A DNA stretch of 64,000 bases, taken from Callorhinchus milii (lineage: Eukaryota). Location of the stretch: assembly GCF_018977255.1 (NCBI RefSeq), contig NW_024704742.1, positions 48,920,001 to 48,984,000 on the forward strand. The letters run 5' to 3'. Every line of letters begins with the position of its first letter. Position 1 is the first letter of the stretch. Shown here in pieces: positions 61,890 through 64,000 of this stretch. The position numbers were made by a program, and so were the translations under genes. The notes below the pieces were generated by a model. That model had not been told where the DNA came from and ran no database searches. It saw only the letters and a list, made by a program, of their open reading frames with translations.

Positions 61890-64000
61890 AATATTGTACA
61901 ACAGAAAAGGTTTGTAAATAGAGCTTACTTTCAGCACTTAGTTTGTTTTGTTTCACAGATTAAATATCAATACTAAAGACTAAGAATAAAGTGGTGTCAC
62001 TTATTATGGTGAACAAGGAAAGCATTTTGATTCAAACGATTTACTAAGATCTAAAATTGGTGGAACAGGCTCGATGGGCTGAATGGTCTCTTCCTATTCC
62101 CATTTTCCTATTTTCTCTGCTCTGGGGAGTGTGCTTGCTTGTAAAATGTGTTTAAAAATAAAACAAGAAAGCTATTGCTACACTATTTTGTTTCCTTTGT
62201 TCTCTTTTATGCCTAGATAGACAGGTCACTTCTATATCTCCCAAGGGCAAACTCACCATCTTGAGAAAATCAATGAGAGCCAGAAATGCATGGAACAAAG
62301 CTTTACCTCTTACTGAATCTAGAATCCCAGAATATTACTATTGCTATTATATTTAGTTTGTCCACAAAATATACACATCCATATCACTTTACAATATATG
62401 CGAAGTGCTTTAAGGATACTTTAAGGATACTGTAGTAAAAATAATAATAATAATTATTTGGTCACTCAATCCATGACTTTTCGTGGGACACAGCTGTGCA
62501 CAATTGGCTGCCGCATTTCGACCACAAAATATACAGTCAATTCACTTCAATCGTCTCAACAAGGTGATAAGGCGCTATATCAAATTATTATTATATTATT
62601 ATAGTAGTAGATGTAGTATTACTAATTTTACTATTACTAGTATTACTACTGCTGCTGTATCTAGTTCAACTTGTGTACTTGTTGCAATCTTGCATCTGCC
62701 AACTAGTTTGTTTTACAAATGTAATTGAAAATTTTTACCACACTAAAAAGTATCAACTGTGACCATTGATGCCCTCTTGTGACTAAAATAAGTAAATCAG
62801 CAGCAAACCCTGAACTGTATTATTCTGAATACTGCCCTCTACTGGTCACATATATCTGAACCACTCAAAGATCCATTTCAAAGGTTTGCAAAACCTTTCC
62901 ATGTGTTTTAGAAATATGTGATTTGTTAAGGTAACGCAGTTTGCATTTATTTTAATGGACCGAAAGTCTGACCACAGGAGTGTGAATGAGAAGACGAGAG
63001 GGAAAATGGAGGGAAAATAATTAATCACACACAAAAAAATCCTCTTTAAAGAGGAAGAGAACCCATGTATTTTCAAAATGTACCCTTCAAGGGTTTATTA
63101 GATCTTCTTTAACCCTAAAATATCCAGCTCACAAACTAATAGATGAATAATAACAATAGCTTACACTAATCTTATGTCATACAATGTCTCAAAGCATTTC
63201 ACAATGATGATGGGGAATCATTGAGTGGGTAGGAAAGGAGTGGGAACTTGAAGGCTTTGACCAAAGTCAGTCGAAGAAATGGGGTTTCCAGGCAGGGAAA
63301 GAAGGTAAAGTTAAAGGAATTGCAGTGCAAGACATTTATCTGAAGGCTTATCCACCAATGGTAGAAGTAGGGGATAGGCCTTGGTTTAAAGTCTCATCCA
63401 AAGAATGTCACCTCCAATAATATAGTAATTTCCAGTACTGTTGTACAATTGGCATCTTCTTAAAGTTGCTCTTCCCACACTAAACTTGTGCCCTCATGTC
63501 CTGCGGCTTTCGTAAAACTGAAGATCTCTGGGTTTACTTTCTTCATTTCATTTAACATCACATTATACTGCGTGGGGGGTACTATTATCAGAAAGGGGGG
63601 CATGGATCGGCAGCTGAGACTGTGGGAGGTCACCCTGAAGTAGAGTCAGATATACAATGTAAGTTAGAGATGTATCCAATCATATTGGGCTCATCACAGG
63701 CCGGGAGGCTAGAAGAACACACTGCTCCTCTCACTGGTGAGTCCCTGGTGGGTTCCAGGGTTATAAAAGAATTACTAAGGTGAGTCTGGAGAAGAGCAGT
63801 TTAGGATATTGACAACCCAAGTGGTTAGTGCCTTCAGCACATAGCTTTCTGTGTCTTAAAAAAAGTTTACTTTTTGGTTGCAGATCATGTCCTCCATTGA
63901 TTATTGTAAGTCCAACACTTCCTACAACAATGTATAAGTCTTTAAGGTTCTCAATATGCGTGGTGCCACATTCAAATGTAAATTGTGCTCAAAGAATGAA

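Noticed and set aside
45225..64000. Expected downstream neighbour SLC30A9, and upstream PHOX2B in 1-37000
   Set aside because: No exons resembling either protein were recognised; they presumably lie outside the window.

Overview
This is vertebrate genomic DNA, most likely from a cartilaginous fish. That assignment is inferred from the repeat content: tRNA-headed SINEs with a DeuSINE/SacSINE1-like core, plus L2 and CR1 LINE fragments. It is not prokaryotic, and nearly all ORFs in the supplied track are spurious. The only protein-coding gene I can support is TMEM33 on the + strand: a CpG-island promoter at ~37.5-38.2 kb, a probable non-coding first exon, and 7 coding exons (38403-45224; 738 nt, 245 aa). 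One of its introns (41383-42547) has U12/minor-spliceosome signals. Upstream, ~16.3-30.4 kb is a long, nearly transposon-free domain that retains CpGs. Blocks rich in PHOX2-type, PBX-HOX and MEIS motifs lie on both sides of TMEM33. This fits the PHOX2B regulatory landscape, since TMEM33 neighbours PHOX2B/LINC00682 in human (recalled synteny; PHOX2B itself is not in the window). Notable mobile DNA includes a non-autonomous Helitron with intact ends (32542-33723) interrupted by an L2, a palindromic MITE family, an unclassified ~600-bp repeat in 4 copies, and several nested insertions. I found no firm evidence for a wholly new biological system; the best candidates are listed under findings.
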